From Octopus bimaculoides (taxonomy: Eukaryota), in the NCBI RefSeq assembly GCF_001194135.2, contig NC_068983.1, forward strand, positions 11,301,905 through 11,338,461: 36,557 bases of DNA. Reading direction: 5' to 3'. Under the pieces are notes generated by a model that saw only the letters and a list, made by a program, of their open reading frames with translations, was not told the DNA's origin and did not search any database. Shown piece after piece: positions 13,401-23,998 of this stretch. Numbering within the stretch: position 1 is the first letter of the stretch; every line of letters begins with the position of its first letter. Position numbers and translations under genes: made by a program.

Positions 13401-16400
13401 TAGCACCATTTGAGCGTGATCATTACCAGCGTCGCCTTCCTGGCACTTGTGCCGGTGGTACGGGAAAAAACATTCGAGCGAGGTCGTTGCCAGTGCTGTT
13501 GGACTGGCTCCTGTGCAGGTGGCACGTAAAATACACCATTTTGAGTGTGGCCATTGCCAGTACCATGTGACTGGCCCTTGTGCTGTGGCACGTAAAATCA
13601 CCCACTACACTCTCGGAGTGGTTGGCGTTAGGAAGGGCATCCAGCTGTAGAATCTCTGCTAGATCAGATTGAAGCCTGGTGTCGCCTCCTGATCCACCTG
13701 TCCTTAGTCAAATCGTCCAACCCATACTAGCATGGAAAGCAGATGTTAAAAGAGGATGATGATGATGATGATGATGACTGTAAATAGCTGGTCAAATCTA
13801 CTAAAAGTCACATAGGATTATATAGGTATTATGCCAGGGTGGGTGGAGGCATGTTCACATACCATAAATAAAAGCAATGGCCAAACAATTTGACTGCACC
13901 TTCTTGTGACACTTAATGTCATTAAAATTAATGCAAAGAGTCCCAGCAACATCAACGCTTTCTTTGGGTAAAATCATATACATAAAGTGAGCAGCAATGT
14001 ATTGCTACAGGCAGCAGAAACAATGTCTAATTGATGAGTATTATATAAGTGTGCAGTGGTGAGCCTCAAATCTCCAGTAGATAAAGCTCACACAGAAAAG
14101 AGACCTTGCATTAAATGCATGAGGTGTGACAACATTTGGAGCTCTAGAAAGTCTGAATGTTCTTGAGAGAAAATCTATGACCTCTTAAATCTGTTAAAAC
14201 AGTCCAGTTACCATTCAGTGTGGTACATGCATTGAGGGGATGTGGTAATCTGGTGCATCTGATGCATGTCTTTATGTACCTAAACTGATAAACAACAGCA
14301 ACACTGACTCCAAAGGAATTAGCAAGAGAGCTAGTATCTGAGGCATCCAACTGTTGATTCAACAACACCTACGAACAAATAATTATCAATTATTTTATGT
14401 CAGGACCATGTTATAAACTCTAACACCAGTCTAATTTAGAAATGAACAATAACCACCTTTTCTTTTATCTCCAAAGTATAATGTCTACATTATCCTATGT
14501 ACTCTTTTAGAGGACAGTAGAGTTATGATTTGAGGTAGAATAATTACATGTAAGCCCTCTAATATGCTTGTATGGTCCCTCTTTACTACTAGGGTCTAAT
14601 AATAAAGGTGTTATTGTTGTTGCTGAATTGTATTTTTATGTTACTTATTTCTTTACTGCCCACAAGGGGCTAAACATAGAGGGGACAAACAAGGGATTAA
14701 GTCGATTACATCGACCCCAGTGCGTAACTGGTACTTAATTTATCGACCCCGAAAGGATGAAAGGCAAAGTCGACCTCCGCGGAACTTGAACTCAGAATGC
14801 AGCGGCAAATGAAATACCGCTAAGCNNNNNNNNNNTTGCTGCCTTGTATTTTTATGTTACTGACTGTAAAAACAGGAAAAGAGATGGCTTTCAACTTTTT
14901 CTATCCAAAAGGGTTTCTCAACCCAATATTTACATGCTGTTATTAACTGTTTTATATGTACATCAAGATCCAATTAAAAAAAAAAAGGAAAAGAAAAAAA
15001 AATTCTTTTACATTCTCTTGACTGTTTATAAATTCTTATGACTTCAACAATAAAGAATGTGGAATTAATGTTGAGTAAACCAAAGCTGTTCAATATAAAA
15101 TGGCATATCTGTCTGTAACTTCCTTGCAGGAACTGAAAAGTCAAGCTGCCAAGATCTTGGGTTCTATAGACTTTCTAGGGAATCCTCTTGGTTTGTTCAA
15201 TGACTTCACTGAAGGTATTTCAGGCCTCATCAAAGATGGTAATTTTGGTGGACTGCTGAAAAATGTCACTCATGGTGTGTCAAACTCTACTGCCAAGGTT
15301 AGAGGCTTTTTCCTTTTTTTAAACTTTTTTTTGTTTGTTTTTTTTTCTTTTTGCAAAACCTATTTTTATTATTTTTACCAAGTTATTTCCTAGGCCAGAA
15401 GTAAGATCTTGGCTGCATTAAAAAAAATTTAACTGCTAAACCTATTACTTAAGGTCAGCTTTGACTTTCATTTTTGTGAGATCAATAAGCATCAGTTAAA
15501 GTTACAGGATGGATATATAAATGATTGCCCCCCTCTCCCACCAGAAATAAGTAGGGCTAATCACTATTAAAGGATACCTCTTATTATAGAAAAGTTGGGT
15601 AATTCACTTTATATATCAACACTTCATGTGAGATAAATAGTATCGTTACTGTCACCAGATTCACTGATTTAAACTCTATTTTTAAACATTTTCTTAATCT
15701 CCCTAAATCCGTAGGTGACCAGCTCCTTATCTGATGGATTGACTATAGCAGCTATGGATGAGAAGCATTTGAAGAAACGAACCCAGATACTTTCAGAACA
15801 TTCCACTGGTCATTCTTCTGACCATCTGAAAGCTGGTTGCAAAAGTCTGGTAATTGGACTTGTCGGTGGTTTGACGAGTGTTGTCAACCAAACATATGAA
15901 GGGACACGAGATGATGGTTTTGGAGTAAGTATCCATCTAGTTATCTATTACTATAAAGTATAGTAATTAATATTGTTATTTGTTGATCTAACTATTTATT
16001 GCTATTGCATTATATACTAATTAATCTAGTAATTTCCAATCAGTGATCTTATTATTGAAGAGGCATACACACACACACATACATACATATATATATATTG
16101 TAAATTTTAGAGGTAATACTTGATAAGTGTAAGCACTTGTATATGCCAGATGGTGGCCGAGGTGAAAGAATATATTAAAACATAAAATGAAAACCGCAGA
16201 ATCCTTTGTGTTCTGTTTTCATTTTACGTTTTAATAAATATATATACACACACACACACACACACATATATATAAAGTGGATATAGATAGATGTGTGTGT
16301 AGCTTTGAAGTTACTTCCAAAGTTACTTTGTCTGTGTAGGCCGCTGTCTGTATTGTATATTTATGGTATAAATTAATAAAAATTTAAGTTAATTAAAACA

Positions 16401-19400
16401 GGAAAAAAAAAGAAAACAAAAATTTACGATAAATAAAAACTACTTAAAAGAGAAGTAAAACAGAAAACATCTTAACCTCATTTTCTATAAACTATTTCTT
16501 GAAGGGGTTTTTCACTGGTTTGAGTAAAGGACTAGTTGGCACCGTAATCANNNNNNNNNNNNNNNNNNNNNNNNNNNNNNNNNNNNNNNNNNNNNNNNNN
16601 NNNNNNNNNNNNNNNNNNNNNNNNNNNNNNNNNNNNNNNNNNNNNNNNNNNNNNNNNNNNNNNNNNNNNNNNNNNNNNNNNNNNNNNNNNNNNNNNNNNN
16701 NNNNNNNNNNNNNNNNNNNNNNNGGTGGTCTCCTACCAAATTACAATGTTAACCATGCTAAACAACAAAGAAACATCCACCTTCTCAACAGCAACCATTT
16801 TGATGAATTGTGAGTATTATTTACATCCTTTCATGAGTATTTCATATCACACCATTTTTTTTTTATCCCTCAGAGCTGTGGAGGTGCATGGCTTAGTGGT
16901 CAGAAGATTATGGTTTGATTCCTGGACTCTGTGATGCATTGTCTCCTTGACAAAACACTTTGTTTCACATTGCTCTATTCCAGTTAGTTATCAAAAATGA
17001 GTAATATAGTGAAGTTGTAACAGGCCTGGCAAGTTGGCGGTGGGTGGTGGATTTGTCTAAAAGACAAGGTGAAGGAAACTTCTGGGTTGATGGGCTATGG
17101 GCCTACCCTCATGTTGGGTATTACCTTTTATCCCCAAAGCTCTTTTACTACCTCCAAACAGATTTTATAGGCACTTGTTTTACATTTTATTCAATACCTG
17201 AGGTACAGGCACGGCTGGATGGTAAGAAGTTTGCTTTCCAACCTCATGGTTTCAGGACAACTATCTTCTATTATAGCCCTGGGCCAACCAAAGCCTTTTG
17301 AGTGAATCTGGCTGATAGAAACTCAAAGAAGACCATAGTGTGTGAGAGAGAGAGAGAGAGAATGTGTATCCCCCACCACTGCTTGACTATTGGTGTTAGT
17401 TTGTTTACATCCCTGTAAATGTTTATTTTTAGCTTTCGTTACAAATTTGAATTAAAGCCAAGAAGTAAAGGAGGCTGACAGAATTAGTACTGGACTTTAA
17501 AAGCAATAATAAATACTGATATCAGTTTGTTTGATTAAAAGCCCTTCAAGGCAATATCCCCAGCATCGCTGCAGTCCAATGATTGAAACAAAAAAAAAGA
17601 TAAATGTATTTTTATTCCACACATGCTTGCTGGTTACACTTTGTACTAATACTATAACAGATACTAGCTGGACCCATGAAAAATTCACGGAAAACATAAA
17701 AAATGTAAGCATCTGTAAATTGTGTGCTGGTGCCATAAGAAATGTTTCTATATTGTGAGTTTTATGTGCAGTTTGCTAGAGTAGAGGAGCAGAAGTAGAT
17801 CTAGAAGTAAAAGAAACAGTATGTCTATGGGTTGGTGATTGTCACATTATCAGCATGTAGTAGCAGCAACAGCCACACTGACACTTATGAGATGTACTCT
17901 AATGTAAGTCACTCTTCAACTTTGAAGAGTGTCAACAACATGCATAGAGCTGATGTACTTTCAAACATGCTTTTTATTATTATTAAGTGGAGTGCATTTA
18001 TGCATGAGTGAAAGAGAAAGGTTGCCACAAGGTATCAGAAATAGTAAGAGCTGACATTTGTAGCAATTTTTATTTTTGCTGTGTTTATGTGTAGTAAGAG
18101 CGTAGTATAAGATCATTTCCTTAATGTGTAATGACTGTCTCATTCTGTTGAAAGAAACTAAATTTTCACATACATATTAGAGGATATTTTGCTGGTCTCT
18201 ATTCAGGGCGGCAAGTTAGGCATGAGTTGTCAAGGTCACATATAGATGACACCTATGAGGGCAGTTGAGGAGATTGAGACCATGAGTAAAATTATTATTT
18301 GCTGTATATATCTTTAGTCAATTGTACCTCATATCTTGCACAATATTTTATTTTTGATGTCTCTACCTAATACCATCTTTTTCAGTTTCATTGCTTGGGA
18401 GCAAGTCCGTAAAGATAGCAGTCGACAGTGGTGTGCCCTCATCACAAACAAAAAAGTCTACTTTCTCATGTGTGATAAAACTTCTGACCATCAAAGCGTT
18501 GATTATAAGATTGACCATCGGGATATCCAATTTTGTATGCCTGTTTCTAAAAGTATGTATTTTCTGTTGACTTATGTCTGTATTTAATTATCATTCTTTT
18601 TTTTAATAGTATAACTGTATTCCAATTTGAACCATTTTTATGTTTTGGAACAAGTTAACTATTGTATCTATTATACAATGATAGCTTGGAAAATTCCTCC
18701 TTTTAGATATTTTATTTTTCTCTGTGGAAAACAGATTAAATGTTGAAAGCATAATGATTAGGCATCTAAATTGCTGGTTTGACTAAAAACTACAGAACTT
18801 TTAGTTATCAGAGTATACAACTATGTGGTTGTTAATTTAACATCCTATTAACTTTGTACAGTTGAACTGTCACTGCTTTGTATACTGCTATTGAACATTT
18901 TATTGTAACAAAAAGAAAATGTTTTACTTTCTTGGTGGTGTTCTTACTGGAAAGATTTAAACATAGCTTGAAGATCATGATATGCCTAATCTTTATAGTT
19001 ATACCAGTTAATTCCAACTCTTTGCTAAGTTGGATAAATTAGAGCAAGTGCAGTGTCTTGTCTAAGATTCCAACATAAAAAAAAAATATATATATATATA
19101 TATTATGATTCTGTGGACCTGAACTATAACTATTTTTCTTCTGAGGCCAACCTATCAGATATTTTTTGTCTTTGTGGGTTATCTAGACCTGTAATAGGTA
19201 GACCTATCTAAAGGTCTAATTTACTTTGTTTATTGTATCTCTATCACAAGCAGGACTTCTTTATTTAAAAGTTGTCTCCAATTCAAGGTGTTTTCTATTG
19301 GTTCTCATCAGCATTTTAACATCTTATTTTTTAAGCTCACACGAGCAGGACAGGTCTGTTGTTTATCTCTATTTTCTTTGATTTTATCTTATCTGTAAAA

Positions 19401-20985
19401 CTCAGCATCCTGAAATCTGGACTCCCCATCTCTTTTATATTGAACTTATTGAACACTATCAAGTTAATGCAAATTATGTAATTATAATGGATTTGCTGAC
19501 TATCAAATAAAAAACACTTTTTTTTTGTAGATGACAACTGCTATGTGAAATTTGTCAAGAAGAATTCAATCAAAGCTCCTCCCTATATACGATGTGACAG
19601 TTTTGCAATTGCTCAAAGGGTAAGTTGATTTCAGTGTTGACTCAGTATACACATTAAAAGCTCTGTTATAGTAGTTGTTGAAAATAAGACCATTTGAGCT
19701 AAATCTATTAATTTTTAATAAATTTTACTGTGACATTGTCACCATAACAACACTTGGTTTTTGATGTGGGCTAAATTTAAATGACTTGGTTTAACAGAGT
19801 CCTTAAGAAATTCATAAAGTTAATGATAATGAGTCAGCTACAGCACTGTTTCTTCAGTACTCAGAGTGTAACTTCTTAGAACTGTGTTATCCGGAAGAGA
19901 GAATAAGAAAATGGTAAGACATTTAAGAAAATAGTCAGTTTATGACTGTAACAAGAGATGAGATTGTTATTGGGTACCAGATCATCAGGGTAAATATATT
20001 ACTAATCGACTTCTTTTTACACAACTGGAGTTGAGCGTCAGTCTTTAATGCCATTCAATACTTAGGTATTTTTTGTTCCATTTCTAAATGGTATTTGCAT
20101 AAGAGATCTTAAACAACTGCTAATGAAATCAAAACTAGTTCACTTATGTAAATTAGTTGAAAAAAAACGCTACTCTCAGAATAATCACATAGTTCTTTCT
20201 CTTGCGGGCAACTTAAGAACTGAGAGATTAAGATACATTCTGAATAAATAACAAATTTTTACAGTAGTGCAAACATCGCTTCAGAACCACATGATTAGGG
20301 GTTTGGTCCCCCTATACAAACTAAAATCATGGGTTGATCATACCTTGTAAGTCAAACAAGAAGTGAAGAAGCCTTTTGTGCGTGCGTGTGTCTGTGTTTG
20401 CTTTCTCCTTGTCCTCACATGTTTTGTTTCTGTAAACAAAATCAATAGCCTAGTTTCTTAACATGTTGCATGAACTTTATAAACAAGAGGCTGGTAATTT
20501 ATGATCAGGCTGTTTTATTGTTACCTTGCTTTGGAAACAGGTGTATCTGACCATTGAAAACTGGACATTAAAATGATGATGATTATCACAAATGGTAGAT
20601 TTTAGGTTAATATTGTTAGTATGTATCATTTCTGGAAATCTGATCTTGCATGACAGTAATTTTCTTGTCTGAGGAATATTCTATTTTGTCTATTCAAGTT
20701 GAGTGTTCTCTGAAGTATGGTAACAAAATTGGTAGTTTTGTTTGAATTATTAAAAGAAAAACAAATAGCATTTTTTTATTGTCTTGGAAATAATCACAGT
20801 TGCTAAAACTAGAAATGGAAGAAGCTTCTGAATATTTCTTTTGACTTTATGGTAACAGAATAACTTGATTTCTTTTTTTGTTTTTTCAACAGGTCTCACA
20901 GCAAATTCTCTATGCTCTGGGACTTCATGAAGAAATACAGCAAACCCTTACTCAAGACACTATGTTAACAGATTATGTTGACTAA
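3764..20985 (+). CDS. VPS13D: VPS13D C-terminal region, multi-exon, 5'-partial: join(3764-3880,5335-5496,6302-6442,7217-7350,12667-12854,13029-13102,15130-15297,15715-15924,16505-16809,18386-18552,19531-19619,20893-20985)
   Basis: Hand-spliced exons have GT-AG borders and matching phases. Peptides GISLVNRVPEELV, IDNQL, EEMLLLKLL, LPPELKAIK..FEDA, ELKSQAAKILGSIDFLGNPLGL..KNVTHGVSNSTAK and GLSKGLVGTV are collinear with the human VPS13D C-terminus as I recall it (GLSLINKVPEELV, VDNQL, EEKLLLKLL, ELLSQAARILGSVDFLGNPMG..RNVTHGVSNSAAK). Confidence 0.93.
4221..4253. repeat. (AAT)11 microsatellite
   Basis: Direct read. Confidence 0.95.
5335..5496 (+). CDS. VPS13D: VPS13D exon (IVVHGLLSLPKGVGISLVNRVPEELVYIV...SIGNVQ)
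   Basis: TTTCAG acceptor, GTCAGT donor, 162 bp, phase 0/0; GISLVN..PEELV motif typical of VPS13 C-terminal domain. Confidence 0.92.
6070..6246 (+). mobile_element. Family B, old 3' fragment
   Basis: GTGGTTGGCATTAGGAAAGGCATCC...AACCCATGCCAGCATGGAAAGCAGACATT. Confidence 0.65.
6302..6442 (+). CDS. VPS13D: VPS13D exon (IDNQLFSAQRPVML...NVEIFK)
   Basis: T-tract TATAG acceptor, GTTGGT donor, 141 bp, phase 0/0; IDNQL motif. Confidence 0.92.
6640..7089 (+). mobile_element. tRNA-derived SINE family A copy with an inverted copy of its 3' end at the 5' junction
   Basis: Body matches the copies at 24881-25231(-) and 25927-26169(+); B-box-like GGTTCAGTCTC; internal (GT)n; AAAAGAGT tail; 43/44-bp inverted termini. 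Confidence 0.85.
7217..7350 (+). CDS. VPS13D: VPS13D exon (HLIISVRKVKLHLEEMLLLKLLQFTGY...AYSSQ)
   Basis: TTACAG acceptor, GTGAGA donor, 134 bp, phase 0/2; EE-LLLKLL-F-GY motif. Confidence 0.9.
7524..7725 (+). mobile_element. SINE family A, old degenerate 5' half
   Basis: GGGTTCAGTCCCACTG...GGGCCAACCAAAGCCTTGTGAATGGATTT matches family A. Confidence 0.7.
8158..8281. repeat. Short inverted repeat / MITE-like hairpin
   Basis: Arms 8162-8199 and 8240-8277 are 38-bp reverse complements with 1 mismatch around a 40-nt spacer, extendable to 8158/8281. Confidence 0.85.
9000..9034. repeat. Poly(A) tract
   Basis: Direct read, 35 A. Confidence 0.9.
9420..9810 (+). mobile_element. Decayed CR1/L2-group LINE reverse-transcriptase C-terminal relic
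   Basis: Frameshifted pieces VTFNA, ETASQKTGL..QKY..PQQLL..KAQVKPS and RKTIRLI resemble the ASQKLGxL..YFSPxQLLxLYKAQxRP...QRKAIRLI motif string. Confidence 0.5.
10433..10461. repeat. Poly(A) tract
   Basis: Direct read, 29 A. Confidence 0.9.
11412..11775 (+). mobile_element. tRNA-derived SINE family C
   Basis: A-box TGGCCCAGTGG, B-box-like GGTTTCGATTCTC; near-identical to the reverse complement of 33583-33967; the 3' end runs into an N-gap. Confidence 0.9.
11785..12117. other. Assembly gap (333 N); other gaps at 1046-1155, 14826-14835, 16551-16723
   Basis: Direct read. Confidence 0.99.
12667..12854 (+). CDS. VPS13D: VPS13D exon (RPVLQAAAS...KRYFF...LPPELKAIK...FEDATVDL)
   Basis: TTGTAG acceptor, GTCAGT donor, 188 bp, phase 2/1, fits both neighbours. 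Confidence 0.92.
13029..13102 (+). CDS. VPS13D: VPS13D exon (DAYVRQHVFETSTFLINEIKSHYTD)
   Basis: TTTCAG acceptor, GTAAGA donor, 74 bp, phase 1/0. Confidence 0.9.
13275..13776 (+). mobile_element. Retroposon family B (internal ~65-nt tandem units, (GAT)n tail)
   Basis: Four to five GGCACGTAAA..TTGAGCG..TTGCCAG units, then GGCGTTAGGAAGGGCATCCAGCTGTAGAA...AGCATGGAAAGC and (GAT)n; homologous to 27121-27575 and 35156-35445. Confidence 0.85.
14646..14843 (-). mobile_element. SINE family D with 18-bp TSD
   Basis: B-box-like GAGTTCAAGTTCC and core GTCGACTTTGCCTTTCATCCTTTCGGGGTCGATAAA on the - strand; TTGTATTTTTATGTTACT duplicated at 14628-14645 and 14844-14861; 10 N inside the head. Confidence 0.85.
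15130..15297 (+). CDS. VPS13D: VPS13D exon (ELKSQAAKILGSIDFLGNPLGLFNDFTEG...GVSNSTAK)
   Basis: TTGCAG acceptor, GTTAGA donor, 168 bp, phase 0/0; highly conserved LGSxDFLGNPxGL motif. Confidence 0.96.
15715..15924 (+). CDS. VPS13D: VPS13D exon, ATG2_C-like helical region (VTSSLSDGL...GLVGGLTSVVNQTYEGTRDDGFG)
   Basis: CCGTAG acceptor, GTAAGT donor, 210 bp, phase 0/0. Confidence 0.93.
16505..16809 (+). CDS. VPS13D: VPS13D exon(s) interrupted by N-gap (GFFTGLSKGLVGTVI...gap...GGLLPNY...NHFDE)
   Basis: TTGAAG acceptor at 16504, GTGAGT donor at 16810. GLxKGLVGTV and GLLPxY motifs flank the 173-N gap; internal structure is unknown. Confidence 0.82.
17201..17415 (+). mobile_element. SINE family A, degenerate
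   Basis: GGTAAGAAGTTTGCTTTCCAACC...GGGCCAACCAAAGCC...TTTACATCCCTGTAA. Confidence 0.65.
18386..18552 (+). CDS. VPS13D: VPS13D exon, PH-like domain (FIAWEQVRK...CALITNKKVYFL...CMPVSK)
   Basis: TTTCAG acceptor, GTATGT donor, 167 bp, phase 2/1. Confidence 0.9.
19531..19619 (+). CDS. VPS13D: VPS13D exon (NDNCYVKFVKKNSIKAPPYIRCDSFAIAQR)
   Basis: T-tract GTAG acceptor, GTAAGT donor, 89 bp, phase 1/0. Confidence 0.87.
20893..20985 (+). CDS. VPS13D: VPS13D last coding exon (VSQQILYALGLHEEIQQTLTQDTMLTDYVD*)
   Basis: CAACAG acceptor, TAA at 20983-20985; resembles the terminal helix SQEINYA of human VPS13D. Confidence 0.87.
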   Translation, partial: VSQQILYALGLHEEIQQTLTQDTMLTDYVD

Positions 20986-22106
20986 CCACCATCTGACATT
21001 AAAATCTGTATCTAAAGTTCTCATCTGTTGGGACTTGGAAATGAAAAGTGAACCTTTTACATTTCACCAAATGAAAATACATTTAAATTAGTTCTTGTCC
21101 TTGAGGAATATTGGAAGGAACTGAAAGATTGGCTGCAACAGAATCAAAGCAAATCTTCAGGAAATGCTGTAGTTTGTTGAGTTTAATCTACCATCGTGCC
21201 TGTTTATACACATACCAACATACAAAACTGTTTATATTCACATGCAGATTAGCATTATTAAGAAGATTTGTATTATCTACTCTGCCAATCTAAAGAGAAA
21301 AGACAGGTGCTAGTAAAAGGAGAGACACCCCCAAATCTTCTTGCTCCCAGTCCACCCTGAAAGAGAAATCACAAATCATTTAAAAAATAAGTGAATTGCA
21401 GTTATCTCTTATATACACAGGGATAAAATATGCCTTTCACAATTGGTTCATATCACAGAAGTTGATACAACTTTAACCATGAGATATCTCCTTGTAAATA
21501 TATGTTAAATAAGATATTCCATTCATGGTGAAGATGTAAATTAATTTTTGAATTAACTATTACATGTGACCTTTAACCTTTTTTTTTTTTTTTTTAAATT
21601 TAAGAAATTTCAGTTTCTGGAAATCTATTCTGTGAGGACTATACAAGAGCATTTCACTTTTAGTTGATTATTAATTTAAGCATAATGTTATTGTACGTGT
21701 TTTGTAAACAAATAATATTTCAGTATTTATCAAGACTGAATGTGGAGTGAGACTGATGCAAATAACGATAGCATGATCTGTAGGACGATATGTCGACTGA
21801 ACACATTTTTATTTCATAGCTCATGTGATAGACTGTTTCCAAAAGAATACGTTACTGTTTCTGTTATATATTCTTCAACCTGTTGTCTTTATTGTATATA
21901 TGTATATTTATAAATTGGTTTGTTGTGTTGGCACACCAAATTAGTTTCAATTTGACATACTGACTCAAGAATCCATTAGATACATTTTCTGATCGGCTAA
22001 TGTGAGTTCAAAGCTCTCATCTATGCAAATGCAAGAAGTCATCAGATGTGGTTCTCCATGCAGAGAGGAAAAAAAAACTGGATTAATACTGTGATACGTG
22101 TGTGCG

Positions 22107-22138
<32 letters not shown>

Positions 22139-22165
22139 TTAATGTAAAAGGAGTTGAGATTTGAA

Positions 22166-22171
22166 AATAAA
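22166..22171 (+). promoter_or_regulatory. First canonical AATAAA downstream of the VPS13D stop (candidate polyA signal)
   Basis: Motif only; AT-rich background makes chance hits likely. Confidence 0.3.
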
Positions 22172-23296
22172 ATAAGTGTGCTGTGAGTAAGTTTAATTGC
22201 TATTATCCTTTGTTATTCACTAACAACAGTGTCACAATAAACAGATTAGTAGCAAAGCAAATACACATTTAATGAGACTGTCAAGACTATATGTACATGT
22301 TCAGTATATATACGTTTCAAGTGAGTTTATCAAAAAGCTATCACAAACTTAAGCTTTCCTAGTTATTGCTGTAGTACTTGGAGTGCATAATTCTCTATAA
22401 GTAACTATAATTTCATTTCAGAAATAGCTAATGCTCAGATAACTGCATTGCTAAGTTGTCTTGTGGCATATTTACAGCCTTTCACATTCTGAGGTCAACT
22501 TCACCTTTCATCCCTCTGAGGTTGATGAAACAAATTATTAGTTAAGTACTAAAGTTGATTTAATCCACTTCTAAAATGTATGGCTCCCTGCTTATGTTAG
22601 AAGTCAATATTTATATGTAGCAAAATACCTTCCTCTCTTAATTGGTAACCTTTGAAATTTGAATGCATTGAAAAATTTCATTACATTCTATAGAAGCAAT
22701 TTCGGCCATGAATTAAACCTGTTAAATGGATTTGAGTTACAGAATGAGCGATTCAGTGTTGCATCACTTGTAAGATCTCCATGTTTATGGCTGTTTTTGT
22801 TATTTAGATATTTATAGTATTTCTCTTAATGCCACATTATTTAATTAGGTAAGTTGCTTAAGGTTTTTTTAAACAACCGGGTATTGATTTGCTTTCATTA
22901 GTAAAGCTGTTTAATTGGGTGAAATAATGGAGGTGCTAGAATTTAAAAAAAAAAAAGAAGCCAAATAACATGTGTCCTCTAGAATATTTAAATATGTCCT
23001 AGAAACTAATTATAATAGTAATTACACTGGCATAGTTTTTTCTGTTTAGAAGAAGTGTATTGCTTTGTATATTTATCAGTTCCTATTGTAACAAATAGAC
23101 ACTGACTGTGATGTAAAATTGTACATATTAAAAGTTCTAGCAATAAAGCTATTTTCATACAATCTTTGTTTATTCTTTTTCTTTCTCTTAACTATTCTCT
23201 TAACTAAAGTAACATTCAAAGCAGCTGAAGAAACACCAATAAAATGTGAAGTGTCTGACTTGATGAGGAAAATGTTAAAATATTTGGATTCTCTTG

Positions 23297-23302
23297 TTTA
23301 TT
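23297..23302 (-). promoter_or_regulatory. First canonical AATAAA downstream of the PDHA1 stop (candidate polyA signal)
   Basis: TTTATT on the + strand; motif only. Confidence 0.3.
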
Positions 23303-23833
23303 TAAATGGAGTTCAACCACTAGGACACAATCTTTAAACGATACATTTAAGATATATCATATTAGCAGAGCTGTTTCCAATTTTTTACTTCAACATAAAA
23401 TCAATAATTGGTAGAGAAAACAAAACTAGCTATTATTAAAAAAACTTGGTCGGATATACAAACATCAATTTACTCACTTTTGTTTGCCTAGCTAATATAA
23501 AATCAGTTCTAATTCTTTCTTTGTAATCGAAGGGAATCCAGCTGTACAAAATATCTGCAATAAATATTCATTTTTTTTCATGATTGCTTGTGTAGAAAAG
23601 ACAGAAGTAAGCTCTTTTTTAAAAATTCTAGAAAAGTAAAAAATCCAACTAAAAGAATTGGATAAAAACAATTGCAGATATACCCCAAGAAAATTGTTTA
23701 ATCTCAAAATTTAAATATTATATAGTCCACCTTCTTATCTTAGAGGTCAAGTGTTTCTTGATGACAAGGGCCAATATTTTCGATTCGTGGCCTTCCTTCT
23801 TTCTCAATAGGAGTGGAAAACAAGCTACATTTT

Positions 23834-23998
23834 CTACATTGTTGGATGGTATGAGTAATTATCACAGCCACGTATTTTCATTCCACTAGGCGGGTTCTTA
23901 TATACATGTGTGTATAGTTCTTCTATAGGCAGCTCTGGGTTGGATTTAGCTGCAGTTACTGCAACATCAACTTCTTTTCGTACCTCAAGGTCAATTTT
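23834..23998 (-). CDS. PDHA1: PDHA1 last coding exon ([11 protein letters not shown]...[13 protein letters not shown])
   Basis: CCCCCCTTTCAG acceptor, 165 bp to TAG; IRG motif near the C-terminus. Confidence 0.93.
   Translation of the reverse strand, partial: KIDLEVRKEVDVAVTAAKSNPELPIEELYTHVYKNPPSGMKIRGCDNYSYHPTM

Noticed and set aside
13275-13620. CRISPR-like repeat-spacer array
   Set aside because: Units are diverged over their whole length, recur in dispersed copies with a retroposon tail, and there are no cas genes; context is a eukaryotic intron.
19858-19913. Possible 56-nt cassette exon (TTCTTCAG acceptor, ATG|GTAAGA donor) giving an alternative VPS13D C-terminus
   Set aside because: Short pyrimidine tract, and it would frameshift away the conserved terminal helix; such open stretches arise by chance. 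It needs RNA-seq junction support.
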